A stretch of DNA of 61,607 bases, the filler included, from Sphacelaria rigidula (Eukaryota): the NCBI GenBank assembly GCA_964200075.2. It is 7 parts of 7 records of this genome, joined end to end, with 100 filler letters (N's around TTAATTAATTAA, not from the genome) between each part and the next. Parts side by side here need not be neighbours in the genome. Positions count along the whole stretch, not along the records: positions 8,818 to 17,533 come from CAXNAA020010288.1; positions 17,634 to 26,348 come from CAXNAA020010289.1; 5 more parts are not named here. One strand, 5' to 3'. The position numbers were made by a program, and so were the translations under genes. A model generated the notes under the pieces. That model was not told the origin of the DNA. It saw nothing but the letters and a program-made list of their open reading frames with translations, and made no database searches. Each line of letters starts with the position of its first letter. Within the stretch, counting starts at the first letter, position 1. Positions 12,101 through 25,900 of the stretch are shown piece by piece.

Positions 12101-15100
12101 GTCGGATCAGCACTGATAGCCGCACATGGACCGATCGTGGAGGCGGGAGCTATTTTTCAGAGGTGTATCCACACGAAGTTGATGCAGCCCATGATTGCAG
12201 TGGAGACATCCGCGTCTTTTCTGATAACACCTCCAAGAAAGTTAAGCGCAGCCATTTGCTTGCAAAATTGGCCTGCCGTCTCTATGCACGGTACAGTGTC
12301 TTGGAGCCGGGTACTGACCGCAGATGTGTGGCGTTTATTTCCACTTCTGATACCGTAGGCCAGAGTTTCTGGCCGACCAGAGCTATCACAACCATCATCT
12401 TCGTGAGTCCGCCTCGAGAATTTGAGACTGCGCGCCTGCATCATCCGCGTACAGAATTTCACACACCGGGCACCGCCGTACCCTCCCCAGGTGCCGCTTT
12501 TCTCCGAAAGTGTCACCCTCAATCTTCGGCGTATCCACTAAGCACCCCAAGTCTGAGACGATAGCCCAGTCTACCTTAGAACTGTGACTGCGCGAGATAT
12601 CAAGCTTGTCCTGTGCTACAAGAACGTGAGCATGTTTCCATTCTCCCGTGGGTGGCCATCACAGCAGTACTGTACTACACAGCAGTTATGCCAAATGATG
12701 TCGAAGTGGGTACCTGGGGTCGGCGATGATCCTCACAAATGTAGATACCACTTGCTTTAGAACTGTACGGATAGTCTCTTGTACACGTTTGCGATCCTCC
12801 TCTCCCTGCCAACAGGACCAGCGTACAGTACACAAAGTCATGGCGGAGATGACGGGAGGTTGGGGGGGTTGTCGATAGAGTTTCACACCACAACCGAAAA
12901 GCCATTGCATTCGAGCACATGTTTTTGAATGCGTTTTGCGTACGAATTGAGGTGTACTCAGGGGTCAACAAGTTTCTACTTGAAACAACATAATCTGCTT
13001 GAAAAGGAGACGATGATTGTGCTCACCAAACGGAAGCAAAGGGAAACAATCGCTAGAGGAAGCTCGACCCATTCTATACTTCAGCAATATCCTCAAGAAC
13101 AACCCCAACAAGTACAATTTCTTGCTTGCGCACTCTAATCTGGCCAAAGAGCAATGAGGTGTTGTTGATATTCCCGTAATCTACATCAGATACCCGACTA
13201 CCTGTGCGCGAATCTTGCGCATGACGACGTCTTCATTTTCTCTCTCGGCGTCCACCTTGGCCTGCACCTCGGCCCTAACGCGATCGATGTCCATCTGTAG
13301 GCGGGTGCAACCACATGATAGTTTCAGGAAATGTCCGGAGTGCGATCAAAACGCGAGCCTCGTGGCGTTGACCCTGATGAGAGGCCACATACGCGTACAA
13401 CTTGCGTGCGTGAGATGTGGACCGTTCTCACGACAAAGGTCTCATGCTCTCAAAACTGTCTATTCCTTGACGCGAGAGGAATTGATGGTAACGTTGTTGT
13501 AATACGGAAGCATCCCTCGTCAGTTTTCGCAGTGGAGAACGATAGCGTGTCCCCAACATATGGTACGGCAGAGCACCTGTAGTTTGGTGGCATCCATTTC
13601 ACGCTCAAGTTCCATCTTTGTGGTCCTCAACTCTCTTTCTGTTTCCAGTCGAAGCGTCTCCCTTCGACGTGCTGCTTCCTCCTGTGCAAGCAAATAGTTT
13701 AACCGTCGAGTTTCGGGAGAGGATTTCAATTTCGCCGTATCTCGAGACGGCTTGAAATGGCTCAAGAGTGCAGTCGAGATTTTCCATAGCCTTTCCCCGA
13801 CGCGTTACTGCAGTAATTTTACCGTGCTTTATCGAAGATGTGAAACTCAACCACGGTTCTGCACACATGTGCAAATTCCAGAAGCGTACCGTACCACGAC
13901 TTCGAAAAATCGTACCACCATTACCGTGGAGTACTGTACGGCGATGCTCTTGTATCGTGCCGCCCGTGCCGCTCGTACCGCGGACTACGAAGGCCGCACT
14001 ACGGGTACAAATCCCGCGGGTAGGCTCCAACACGTCCTGACATTTGGCTCAGAGGTGAGCATGGCATGATATCGGCGGGTAAGATGGGGGCTCTAGTCCC
14101 CTGCAACAAGCCGTATCATTTTTCTTCCTTGATAAGATTTCGTACCGTGCCTGATTTTCACCATAGTATTTCAGACTTCCGTTTCGTTTCTCCACGACGG
14201 CTATCGGGTTCACAGCGCAGTCGTCGATTGAAAGTGTAGAAGCGTACATGAACGTGTATGTGCGCGGGGCAGCATATCAGACTACCGAGTTTTCGTTACA
14301 GGGTATCGTAGTTTCCGATTCAGTAGTTTCCGCGATATCTTTATTGTACCACGAACGTACCGCAGTATTCCGGTTCCGTACCGTCCGTACCGTCCGTATC
14401 GTCCTTTGGGATATCCACACACCGTGGCATCGCGAGACCTATGATAACAAAATACCACACCCTGGACAAAAGATTACATCGCCAGAAAATGTACTGCGTA
14501 CAGTATATAATCTATTGTCGATTCTGTATGCAGTACACTTTTTGACAATGTAATATATTGTCCATGATGACGAAATGCCACACCTTACGTTTCACACTGC
14601 ATGGTGCCAAACACCCTGTACCGCACTGATACCGCGGAAGTCAAGTACCATACTGCGTGGTCGTTTTCTAAATGTCGGTTCCGAAAAGTAGAACCCCGGA
14701 ACTCTCCATGTTCATCTTTGATTGGTGCAACGATCCCTTACAAAGGATGCTACCATACAGTATCGTGTCGAGGCTTTTATCATCAATATGAAAATTAGTA
14801 CTAGAAAATTAGAACTGCAGCATTTACCCTTTGGGGACAAATGGATGTGTAACCCATGTACACACACAGGTTTGCAGTAATTCAAGTAAGTACCCGGGAT
14901 ACCAACCAGCGTGTCCGGGTTTTGTTTTCAAGGGAGAAGAACTGGACGCGTCATGACCTCAACCCCTACGCAGGGTTTTTGTCGTTCTGAGGTTTGGTCG
15001 CTAACGGGTTACGGCCTGCGCCCGGAGCTCAACACGTGTTCTTACCTGCATGCGGAGTAGTTGTTCCCTTCGAGCCTTCTCCGACTCGGCCTCCGCGGCC

Positions 15101-16269
15101 ATTTTCTGCTTGGCGATGAGTGTTTGATGTTCCAATGCCCGGCGCTGTTGCTCGGCCTGACATTACCAATATGATGTATGCACGACGATGGACGGATGGC
15201 TATTGGAATAGTTCTTTAGGTATTCCTCTAGTGTGATGGGGATACCAAATATGTGCACCGTTCCGCCTCATGCATAGTTGACGTGGAGGCACATTTTCGC
15301 TTGTACACAGTCTATGGTGCGGCAGTATAGGCAGGCAACTAGCCCACGCATCGATGGCTTTCTGGTGGAGGTCCTAGTCCACCTTGAGCAACTTAATGTT
15401 TTCTCACCCCCAGGTATCATTGTTAGCCTGGTCTGGCGAAAACCCGGCGTGCTCCGACCGGGCTTTGTAGGGACGGACCCCCGATGGGGCTGGCGTCGGT
15501 TGGCCGTAACGCTGTAAAGCACGCAACTCACTGCGTGAGCTAGGTACCGTGTTTTTAATGCACGCTTACGTATATTTGCGGTCACCATGATGGTGGTCGA
15601 GTTAGATCACATCGCAGAGGGTGGGAGAACCTCAATTTCACGCAAAGGGGGTGGTAATACTGCTCAGTGTTTGAATCCTGAGACACCCATGATGCAGCGC
15701 GTAACCCGTGGCTATCTCTGGAAGTGATACCAGAAGATGAAGCAAGTCATTGGCGGTTGCCATCCGAATGCAAGATAATCAGTACGCTTTGGGCTGAACG
15801 AGCTTATCATGATCCAGCTTACCCTTCATGCGACTTGCCAAGCGCATCACGGCGCGTCGCGCTTGGTGATCGATTGCGAGTCTGATCCGGCGAAAACCCG
15901 GCGTGCTCCGCTCCGGCTTGGTAGGCATGCGAGGTCAATGGCCATATGACTACGGCATGCAAGATCATGAGGACACGCAAATACCATTGAAACCAGGAAC
16001 GGCTCTTGACACAGCAAATCTTAAGTCAGAGCACGGCTGCAGCTGGTGCCTTCAGCTGACACATTACCCTCCAGACGGCAGGGCACTTCGTACCGCAACT
16101 GGAGTATTTGCTCAACTCCCGAGCAAGGGCAAAATCACGTCACCTATATTTTTATATTTGATATTCTCGCCATAATACCTCTGTTTCCATTGTCTTTCGG
16201 TACTCCTCCGCCTTCACGCGCTCCATCTCCACTGCCGAGCGCGCTTCTTCCGCCTCTGCCTCGGCAATT
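9184..16269 (-). CDS. ATAD3: ATPase family AAA domain-containing protein 3 homolog (mitochondrial), partial, 8 internal exons
   Basis: Phase-consistent GT-AG exons: 16269-16179, 15156-15046, 13681-13577, 13294-13202, 12805-12714, 10836-10752, 10434-10198, 9297-9184. They encode a coiled coil (AERENEDV), a TM segment, LGKPCLIRETSR and [32 protein letters not shown] (Walker A). Both ends were not found in this contig. Confidence 0.92.
9350..9900 (-). mobile_element. Highly decayed LINE reverse-transcriptase fragment in an ATAD3 intron
   Basis: Minus-strand FRHDSPHRSSYRNLHEVRGFPCTIYDR weakly resembles the GFRPxRST...LxE...CFxD block of non-LTR RTs. Confidence 0.3.
11700..12660 (-). mobile_element. 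5'-truncated RTE-like LINE remnant (RT C-terminal region) in an ATAD3 intron
   Basis: Minus-strand IETAGQFCKQ...NFLGGVIRKDADVSTAI...VW followed by LIRLLQAEVMESTLY matches the YLG...AW...LLYG block of RTE-type RTs. It carries many stops. Confidence 0.65.
15680..15977 (+). repeat. Copy of the ~320-bp dispersed repeat family
   Basis: Colinear similarity to 8818-9140 and 60436-60742; a partial copy also lies at ~15427-15478. Confidence 0.9.
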
Positions 16270-18679
16270 CTTGCACATGGAGGAACGGAGTAAACCAGGA
16301 GCAACAAAAGCAGAGACAGAAGGTTAGACACTACGTGTACGTCTTTGTAACCATCCTCGCGATGAGTATATTTGATTCGTTGTTGAACAAAACACTTTTG
16401 GGTTTTACGCTTACGAACGACCGAGGTCGCGCTTTGCGGGCTGGCCCTTAGTGCAGAGGATGGCGCACCTGATGAAAATCAACCACGCGCATAGTCAAAA
16501 GCGTATCGCAGTTGTCGCGTGGAGGCGCTTTCCTTGATCTCCCAGTTGATTGTTGACGTTGATACATCGGGCGGGCTTGTTGTCCTTTCTGGGTGGAGAG
16601 GTCTGAAGAGGCGCGTTTTTAAAAACGCCACCCTACTCTGAAATCAAATGATGAATCACTCACCAAAACAACCGATAATGCTTTCAGTTGTTGTAGAATC
16701 GAGCCGCTTTGACCTCGAAAGGGGCCTACTCATCTAAAAGCTACATCCATGTCGTGTTCTTGTCTCTATATAGTGGCTTTAGTTACTGATGAAGGCATGT
16801 TCTCCCCTCGGGACGCTTTTCCTAGATGGCGAAAAAGGAAATTTTCTATTTTTTGCCTATGGTCGCTTAGCCGCTCCATCCTCTGCTGGTACGATTGGTT
16901 TGGCACCGTCAATTAAAAATGACAGTTTCGACACTACGTTCACGCAGTACTAACACGGAGTGGGGCCAAAAAAGTTGGCTTTGGATGAAGCACGACTTGA
17001 AACGTACCTTGCACACGAATACAACCATCAGATGAGCAGACCTCCTCTATTCTGGCAGTGGTCCATGCTGTTTTTGTATTTGCTTCACTTCACTCACTGA
17101 CTGACTGATGGTCGTATGTTAACTACTTCGCTACAAATTCAGCCGTAACCTCAAGATGGACGTACCCGAGGTGATTAAGTTGAACAATATCTTAAATAAA
17201 CCCGAGAAACGGCGAAAATGAAAATAATGACGGAACGAACAAACAGAAAATATCAAACTACTGACAAATGTAAAGAAGAAGACATAACAAAGAGAGGGAA
17301 ACGAATAAGGCGAGAAACAAGCCAAACTCTAGAATAGTAATGGCTCGAGGGAGACCCCGACCGACCCCTCTCAGGGCTTCAGTTTAGTGAGCCACTCGAC
17401 CGCTCGGGTGCTCCATCTCGAAAGGGATGCGAGATCAATGGTCAAGCGACTAAGGCAAGCAAAAAATGACTAGAACGCCTTGCCGCTGGCCCTCCTACCC
17501 TCCCCCCCCCAGCCCACCACCGCCCCCCCGCCGNNNNNNNNNNNNNNNNNNNNNNNNNNNNNNNNNNNNNNNNNNNNTTAATTAATTAANNNNNNNNNNN
17601 NNNNNNNNNNNNNNNNNNNNNNNNNNNNNNNNNCCCTCGCGTCCGCAGCCGTAGCGGAGCGGGGAGGAGGCCGGTGGTCCGTGCGTACTCATTTGTTGCT
17701 TGCCTTAGTCATTTGACCATTGACCACGCATCTCTTTCGAGACGGTGCAGGGGACAGTACGACCTGCATTGTTGCACAACAACAACTTGTGCAGCACCAT
17801 CACTTTGGGGCCGCGGCACAACCTACTGTAACCGAAAATGTGATTTCAAGCGTTTCCCCCCCCCTAATTCCGCCGCACATGCCACCCTCAACTCTCTACC
17901 CTTCGCAGCTGACTACAGTTTAGTGTTTCATTTGATGGGAACTGATCAGATCGCAGAGCTACGTGGAGTGAAATACGCGCATTGATTTGCCGATTACCAC
18001 GATGTGTCATAGTAGGCACAACTTGCGATGCATCGCCAGTTATAACCGGCTGAAGGAAAGTCCGCTTCTTAGGTGGCCCAGCCTGTACTCCTGCAGGAAA
18101 ATCGCAAGCTCTTTGTGGTTGGTCAAAGGGTCATTTCAGAATCGTGGCGGTGGAGGAGATGGAGAAACGCCGTACGCAGCTGTGTAGTTCACAATTCCTG
18201 GATCGACCCCTTGTTTGGGCCCTCCCTGTGGTGTACTGTAAAAGGCAAATCACGACGTTTAACACCTCTGCAACAGTTCCCTGCATATCTTGATCATGAG
18301 GATGGGTACATGTTGGACGGGGGTTTTAGGTGCATACAGCGAGCTTAGGTCACCAGTTGAACTGGCTTCAGTTTCACTTGAAAAAAGTATGTATGATCCA
18401 GATGGACAAGTATCGCGGCCACGGGGTTGAGGCCTACCCATTGACACATCCATGGCTTGTGCGGTTTCAGATCCCACCACCTGGCAGAAGTGTTCACTTT
18501 GGCGATTAGAACCTTCCCGGAATTCCAACACTTAATTTGAGTGTAACCACCGATATTCGGATCTTTAGGGCCCTTCTTTCCCTTGCACGGCGAGAGTAGG
18601 TCATCTGTTGAATCGGAATCAGTTTTACATGAAAAAAGCATATGCATGATCGAGATGAACTACCCTCGCGCCCCAAGGA

Positions 18680-19399
18680 TTAACGAAGGGGATTCTCCCC
18701 TTTTTCAAAATCCTTTTTTTGAAAAAAATCGCTGATTGGTCGCTGTGATATCACCCCCCCCCCGAAAAAATACCCTGAATGTGCACATAAATCCCCTCTT
18801 CTGAGGGGATGTCCCGTTGACGGGGGCACATGCAAAGGGTCATCACATGACCCAACACAATCAGAGCTGAACCTGAGAAACTTGGCGGCCCCGCAAACCC
18901 AAAACACACTGATCGACCCGTTGTGCGTGACCTTGTTCAAATCTGTTCAAAATTCATTGAGAAATGACGATTTGTGTGAGACGCGCGCAGAGCACACGCT
19001 TACAAAACGGTCAGCAACGACACGTTTTCGGTTGCCTTCGACACGCACGCGGCCGCCATTCGTTCAATACAGAACGGATTTCCGCCAAACAAAGACTGCC
19101 GTGTGCAGATTAGCAAGGGCTAGCGGTGAAACTTATTTGCGTGAGTGGTGGGTGTCTGTGCGTGTTTTTTCGGGCCTGGATGTGTAGGTATTGTGTTGCC
19201 TTGTTGAGTCTCATCTGCAGCATTACATAGATTTTGCACAAACGACCACTTCCAGACCCGCCGCATTTCTGAACTTGCTTGTAGATCTGGGACCCAATCT
19301 ATCCAACACTGCTTCACGATAGGACTCAGGACTGGTCGTCATGGGGCCAGTCTTTTGTCAACAGGGGGTTGTGAAAAAGGGGAAAATCTAATTCGATAA
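18680..19399. mobile_element. Putative non-autonomous TIR element
   Basis: Imperfect ~33-bp inverted termini: TTAACGAAGGGGATTCTCCCCTTTTTCAAAATCC versus GGGTTGTGAAAAAGGGGAAAATCTAATTCGATAA. Confidence 0.45.
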
Positions 19400-19408
19400 G
19401 AAAAGCAC

Positions 19409-19598
19409 TTAGCGCGGCTGACAGCCCCAACTGCCCCTCGCGTGCGCAGAACGCGTTTTCGTCGAAATCGGCGTCTGCGGCGCCATCTCGAGGTCTGTCA
19501 ACGCCACATTTTGGCTAAGGAACGCTCCACACTCTCCTCGCCCGAGGGTTTTCTGTATGCCTTGGGTCGGGGTTAGGGTTAGGGTTAGGGTTGGGGTT
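19409..19598 (+). repeat. ~185-bp dispersed repeat ending in telomere-like (TTAGGG)3
   Basis: An inverted homolog at 49665-49842 also ends in AACCCTAACCCT. Confidence 0.8.
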
Positions 19599-20604
19599 CG
19601 AAACTCCAGTGTGCGTCAACCGTAGGCTTTTGACGACGAACTCGCGCAGAAGCGGCTCCAGTACACGAGAGTCTTTTGTTGCTCTGTCTCGTCTTGTTTC
19701 GTCCTAGGCTCGGGGTGGATGGAGGTCGGTTCCCGGTTATGTTCCGGTTCATGTAGGGGTCGCCCCCATCATCAACTTTATACTCTACCCTCAACAGGGT
19801 CACACTCTTGGCTTGGTGGAAATACTGTAGAAACAGAATGTCCAGTCGCTATGTGGTGGAGGCGTGACGACGGAAATGAGCACACGCGTCCCTCTGTTTT
19901 TTTTTCGTTCTATCGTCATGTTGTGCATCGCAACAAGCACACTTACTTTTCACAGCGTGTTTCAGCTGGTGAAAGTTCGACGATAAGAGCATCGTACATG
20001 ACCTTGACTGATGATAGTGGCTCTTCAGTCTGGCTCCCTTCCTGCTTGGCCTCAGGGGTAAGTGGGTCAATAGGCCCCGCCTCCAGTAGCCCGAATGGTC
20101 GCATATGACGTCGGAACTTGGAGGGCTAGTGGTAGTCCTTTTTCTCCTTCTTTTTTCTCTTCTAGTATTGATTGATTGATTGTCGCACTTTAACTGATCC
20201 CCCAGGGGTCCAGCCGTGGTCTCATGATAGACGTACTTGCTTCGGCACGTCCATCACGGTACTTGTCTTGCTTGTTGGTCTCGCGGGGGTGCATGAGTAA
20301 AAACTGCGTTTACTCTAAAATAAAGGGGGGCGGAACTGTAGCCTTTCGTTCGACTACGAAATGAGTTCTAGCAAGAAGACACAGAATACCTACAACAATA
20401 GCAGCATTGACGATACCAGCAACGATAGCAGCAGCGGGGAGAACGTGTCGAGAAAAAGACACCCAACGGACTTTATCCCAGTGTTATCCATCGATCAAAC
20501 ATATCATGCATGAATAGACTAGCAGGGTAGGTGTGTTGCCAACGTAGGGCGACTTTGTGTAGCTTAGTGCAGCTGCTACTTCTCTCTCGTCGTTGTGTGC
20601 TCAC

Positions 20605-23600
20605 CAGGATGCCGTTGAGAGCTTCGTGGGCAAAAACCTCCGTGCTGTTCGCACCGTACGTAACATTCCAATGGTCGAACCTGTAAACCTGAAGAAGAAG
20701 CATAGGATTGACCAACCACGCGACGGTGCGAGCCGACCGAATCTGAAATAGCAAAATCACGCAGATACACTCAGAGACTAAGTCTCATCACAAATTGTGT
20801 ATCGCCTCAGAGGAATACACGGGTGCATGGGCCGAATTGTCGCTGCTGAACCAACCCCCGAGTTGACACATTTCGGAAAGCGTTGCATTGTCTGGTCGCC
20901 TGCTGAGGTAAGTTGATTGCTCTAGGCTTACTGTGCGGCAATGCAGATGCAGCGTTCTCGGTGACATGTATACCCCCATTCATTATTTTGCGACACCTCA
21001 GGGACAAAAATCATCGAATTTTGCGACTAAAACGATGTGCAGAGGTTGAGGGTTGCCGGGCGCCACTCCCAGGAGGAGCGAGGGGGGGGGGGGGGGAAGG
21101 GGGTTCACCGTCTGACGAACACTATACTCGTAATCGACTGGTTGGTTGTCGTACTCATAGTCAAAATCAAACCATCACTAGTAGTGCTGGCACGAGGACC
21201 ATGCTTTCGCAGTAAAGAGGCATCACAGACCGTGCCGGATTTCCAGACAAAATTCGCTGACGCGTTTAAAAGAGAGTGCACTATCGTAGGGCCCGTCCTT
21301 GGAAATGAGAAATATAAACAATCATCGTACAGCGTTCCACTGTGAGCTACGGGCGTGACAGTCTTGCAGGTACTGTGAAAATTCGATCTGGATTAATGGC
21401 TTAACCCGCGAAATTACATGGGCGAGGAAGGAGTAGGGAGTGGAGGGGGGGCCAGAACACGGAGAACGATGATTTACGTCTTATGCTGTTCTCTTCAGAG
21501 GGAATGCTGACATTGTGGCAACTATCCTGGAATCGAGCCATACCCTACACGAACAGCACTCCAGATGAAAATGGATTTAACCTTGGAAGATTTCAACGAG
21601 ATATCCAGAACAACCAACGTTTCCCCGTCGCTAGCATCGTCATCTTCGAGACACCGAATGTAGAGAATTAAACACAACCGGTATATTACTCCTCGCAATG
21701 TACGGTGCGTATGAGAGAAATCAAAACATACTGCACGAGGAACATATCTACTGAAATGCATGTGATTGGTCTTGGCCAACCTGTCCCACTCCTAAGTTCT
21801 GCGATGTCATGTCATTTTGATATACCGCGACATGTATGCTCCTATGCGCATTCCAAACAACCCAGGCAGCCGACAACTTCAACGTCACTACCATAATGAG
21901 TGCCATGTTTAGGTGCCCTGCAGAAGATTGTCATTATTTACGGAATCGAAGCACCCGCGGGTTTATTCTCGCTGTTCGATAACTGCAGTAGACAAGATTA
22001 GCGGTCACCTCAGGTCACCCGGAACATATTTGCCCAGGTCTAATGGTTTACACGTGTAGCTACTGCAGCCCATCTGTACACTACTGTTGAAGGTTCGTGC
22101 TGCTACATCTTATGTGCAGGTACACCACACGCAGAGGAAACACATCCGTGAACATGTGCATCACCCATACGCTAGCAAGATAGCCTCAACAACCCGATAC
22201 TGTAGTGACGGGTTTCGTATAATACGACGAGGAGGGTGTTGTCAACGTAGGCTAGACAAACAAAAATACGTGTGACGATGGAACGAGCGAGGGCAGTAAA
22301 AGTCAAAGCGAGCACAATTTGGCGATCCCCCAGTCTACTGATGACGACTGAAGTACGGCAAGGTACCTTCATGTTGGCGGCCTGGATGGTGGCTACACCG
22401 AAGGAGGCTGAAGCGTGAGACATGAAGCTAGCGAGGCACGGTGTGTAGCGGCACACCTGGTCACACAACATCGACACATATTTGAAAAGGAACGATACTA
22501 TAATATGACAAAGCTTAGTGCGTGGAAGAAACAAGAGAAAAAACTCCCGTTCTCTGGTGTTGAATGATGCAGTCAGAAGACCACTTGACCTGCAAGCTAC
22601 GCTGTGAAGTACGAGAGAGATGGATGCAGGGAACGTGATCGAGTGATCATCACGAACAACGGCGTTTTGACCTTTGGTGATCAGCAATTCATCAACCATT
22701 CGGCGGTCCGACATCATCCCTTTCCATCCCACTCGTCACCCCCCGAAGTCAGCGGCAGATGTATACCTGAACTCGGATCATGGTTCGTACCCGCCGCCGC
22801 CACCCCCGGTGTAGAGACACACCCTCCGCCCTAAAGATATCACAATTCCCCAAAGTCATGCTACGATAGGAGTTGCAAATTCGCGCCCAGATGTTTCTTG
22901 TTGAGGGGCTCTTAAATTTAGGAACTAGACAAGAGTATGGGTCACGTCATTTCCGTTTTTTTCATCTGTTCAAGACATCCGTAACCCATTGGAAAGCGAA
23001 TCAAGACGTACTTTCGCATATATCAGAAAACAATGTCTTATTTTGGATGGTTCAACAGACTCCGAACGATTTGAACCTGAGCAAAACATTGTTGTGCACC
23101 CCTACCGTGGCACCACTCCCTACCTCATCTCCACGGCCGACGTTGAGGCCGGGAGGTGACGATGCTACAGCGATGGTGGCGACTTTTGAGGACGTGGGCC
23201 ATTCGTAGTCGAGCACGGTTCTACCGAACGTAACCCGGGCCTTCAAGATAACCTGCAATGAGGACAACGATAAAGTCGTAGGAAAACACAGATATGTTAG
23301 ATACAAATGAAAGAGAAGACATAACACAGCTGGAGAGAGAAAACGAGGCGGTGTATGCGATGTGAAAACTACCTATACATCCGTGGGGCTTCAAGACAAC
23401 CGGCCCTTGGTAGGCGAGTGCCGCTCTGTCAAGCGTTCTCTCGGCCAAGGCGATGAAGTGTCATATAGAGATAGCGATGAAAACATCGTCGAAAACGTTT
23501 GCAGGATGCAACTCACAAAACTAGATGGAACGCGACAAATTTCGTAGATGTTCGAGCTGGTGATACCGTACACTATTCATGGTCGAGGACCATTCTGCTG

Positions 23601-24590
23601 AACGTTCTGGAAACCTTTGTGAAAAGCCTACGCTTGAGGAAATTGAAATGAGATGCAGCCCTACGAGAAAACAAATATGAAACATGAAACATGTCTTCGC
23701 AACCTCGACGTGGTGGGTTGTTATTCATAGTCGAGGATCGTGATGCCAACCGTTTTTTTTGTATATTTTCAAAACACATGCAATAGAGGCAAACACCGTG
23801 GACACAGAGTAATGGGAAAATCCAGCAACTTAGTAATATTATGAGATTGGCCGGCAAGAAGACAAGAAAAGGCTAAACTCCGGAATTGTGAGGCAATAAG
23901 GCGTTACTCATTATGGCCGAGGAACGTCCTGTGGAACATTTTGAGAGCCCTCACGAGGACCTGCGCCTCGTGTGATAGCTAATGTCCGATACATCTTCTG
24001 GTATAAGGAGTGGGTGGGGACGAGGCGACAACATGTGAACCTCGTGTGTGTAGACAATTTTGCAGTTGGGGGCGAATCTGCTCAATGCTACGCGGACCTT
24101 GGTGTGATTTGACCCACGCTACCCCGTGGTAAGAGATTCTGCAGTGCAGAGCAATACTATTGTACAAGCGGGAACAAATGAACTACAGTACAAAGAAGGT
24201 TTCAGCTTACTTGTGATGGAAGGCTGTGGACGAAAGGAAGTACCGTGCCGGACATCCCGTTCTTCGATACATCGACCTCAGTCATGCTGTGAGAGTGGCA
24301 ACCTGTTGCTCCAGTGCACCTAAAAGTGGGAAAATTCACACATCACAGCAAAAAACACGAATCTTTTGGTGATGCTGTTGGATATAGTATCGACCTCGAT
24401 CAGCCCCTAAACGCGGCAATGCGCCTGCTCGGATGCACCTGCAATGAACAAACCCACGTTTTCGGTATTCTTTAGACGATGGCTGGTTCAATGAATATAC
24501 TCACCGATTGGTGGTGCAGTGTTCCACAGCCGAGGTCCAGGTGATAGTGTCCGGTGCAAGGGATGATGCGCCACCAGCCGCCGTAAGATT
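20605..24590 (-). CDS. Probable multi-exon gene of unknown function (exon chain not resolved)
   Basis: Several short minus-strand segments with AG...GT borders: ~23252-23124 (VILKARVTFGRTVLDYEWP...), ~22456-22367 (VCRYTPCLASF...), ~20680-20605 (FDHWNVTYGANSTEVF...), ~24590-24505. No family is recognised. Confidence 0.3.
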
Positions 24591-24799
24591 AAACTACGCC
24601 CGTTTGTGTCGGTTCAAAATAATAAAAAAATCGAGGAGTGGCATACGTCGGCGTGTGAAAGTGAACCAGAAAAAAACAAACACGGAGGGAACGGGTGGGA
24701 AAACATGTGGCGAAATAAGCTGAAACTAACTAAGCAAACGTTGTCGATAAAACGCAGATAAAATATACGAAATACAGGGGCTAACGAATATTTCGGCTG

Positions 24800-25900
24800 G
24801 TAGCAGAGGAGGAGGGAAGCAATGTGGACCTCAAACCCTCAAACATACAAGGCGGCGCGTACAGAGTGCACGATGACTCACAACAAAAGCATTGGGCTTG
24901 TGCTTGCAGAAATCGTTCACGTCGAATTGAACAAGGAGCCCGATATCCCGTTTACATACCGACCACGCAAGTGGCACACGATGATGAAGGGTGGTCCAGG
25001 TATTACCGAGGTGACGAGAACAATAAGATGTAACAGCCCCGAGGCTGGAGTTCACGCTACTTTGCTGCACTGTGCACGTTGCGGCTGTGATAATTATACA
25101 ATAAACACAGAGATACCCGGCCACGGCGCATTAAGTGGCCCCGCGGGACTTCCTTTCAAATGCGACAGTGAACAAAAAGCCACTCAAGCATCGATGACTG
25201 AAGAGCTCAATTGCCATTCCGAAATATATCAGCATTCAATCTCGGGGTCCATCCAAGTTGGTAAGTCCATGTATCGAACTCACGTTTCGCCCCAGGGTTG
25301 CCATCTCTGCAATCAAGGCTGCTGCTACGTAGGATTTCTGTGCTTATACTGGCATAAACGCGTTTGGGCTGGGTCAGCACGGTGTGTTCTTCTACCCTTC
25401 TTCATAGGGAAATCAGAAGAGAATGCTCGTGGGGAGAACGTCTGCCTCTTCCGTGAGTTGCACGGATCTATTCATCATCTTTTGTTTACACTCGGGTTCG
25501 GTTTCAGTACTACTGACCCTTGTGAGTGCAGCATGGACGATGGGGGCGTCACTCTATTAATTCACGTAGACGATATCCTGTCGTGATGGGTGGCATCGAC
25601 GAGGTGAAAATTGACAGCTTCATCCGCAACTCAGGAACAGGTTTCAGATCGTGAACGCCGGCGACGCCAAATGATTAGTTGGGATCTAAATCACTGAGGT
25701 GACGACGCCGGATCCGTCTCACTCAGAAAGTGCAGACAGCGGCCGCCACTTCAACAACTGAGATGGAATAAGGCACCCTGTTTACAACTGGTCACATGAT
25801 GAATTATTCGCAACGTCTACTCAGGACCATCGGATTCCGTCAGCAATACTCCACGATTACCTACAAGAACAACATGGGGGCTCTTGTGAGCTTTGTAGAA
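24800..25900 (+). mobile_element. Degenerate Ty1/copia retrotransposon pol remnant (RT)
   Basis: ORF 24822-25586 ends LGFGFSTTDPCECSMDDGGVTLLIHVDDILS, matching the copia LGF..S..DPC...YVDD block. Confidence 0.7.

Noticed and set aside
13028-13139. Additional ATAD3 exon candidate
   Set aside because: The neighbouring exons already join in phase and match the ATAD3 sequence order without it.
22590-22770. Possible selenocysteine exon (in-frame TGA at ~22736-22738 in an exon-like minus-strand segment)
   Set aside because: No recognisable selenoprotein motif or SECIS element, and the exon frame itself is unconfirmed.
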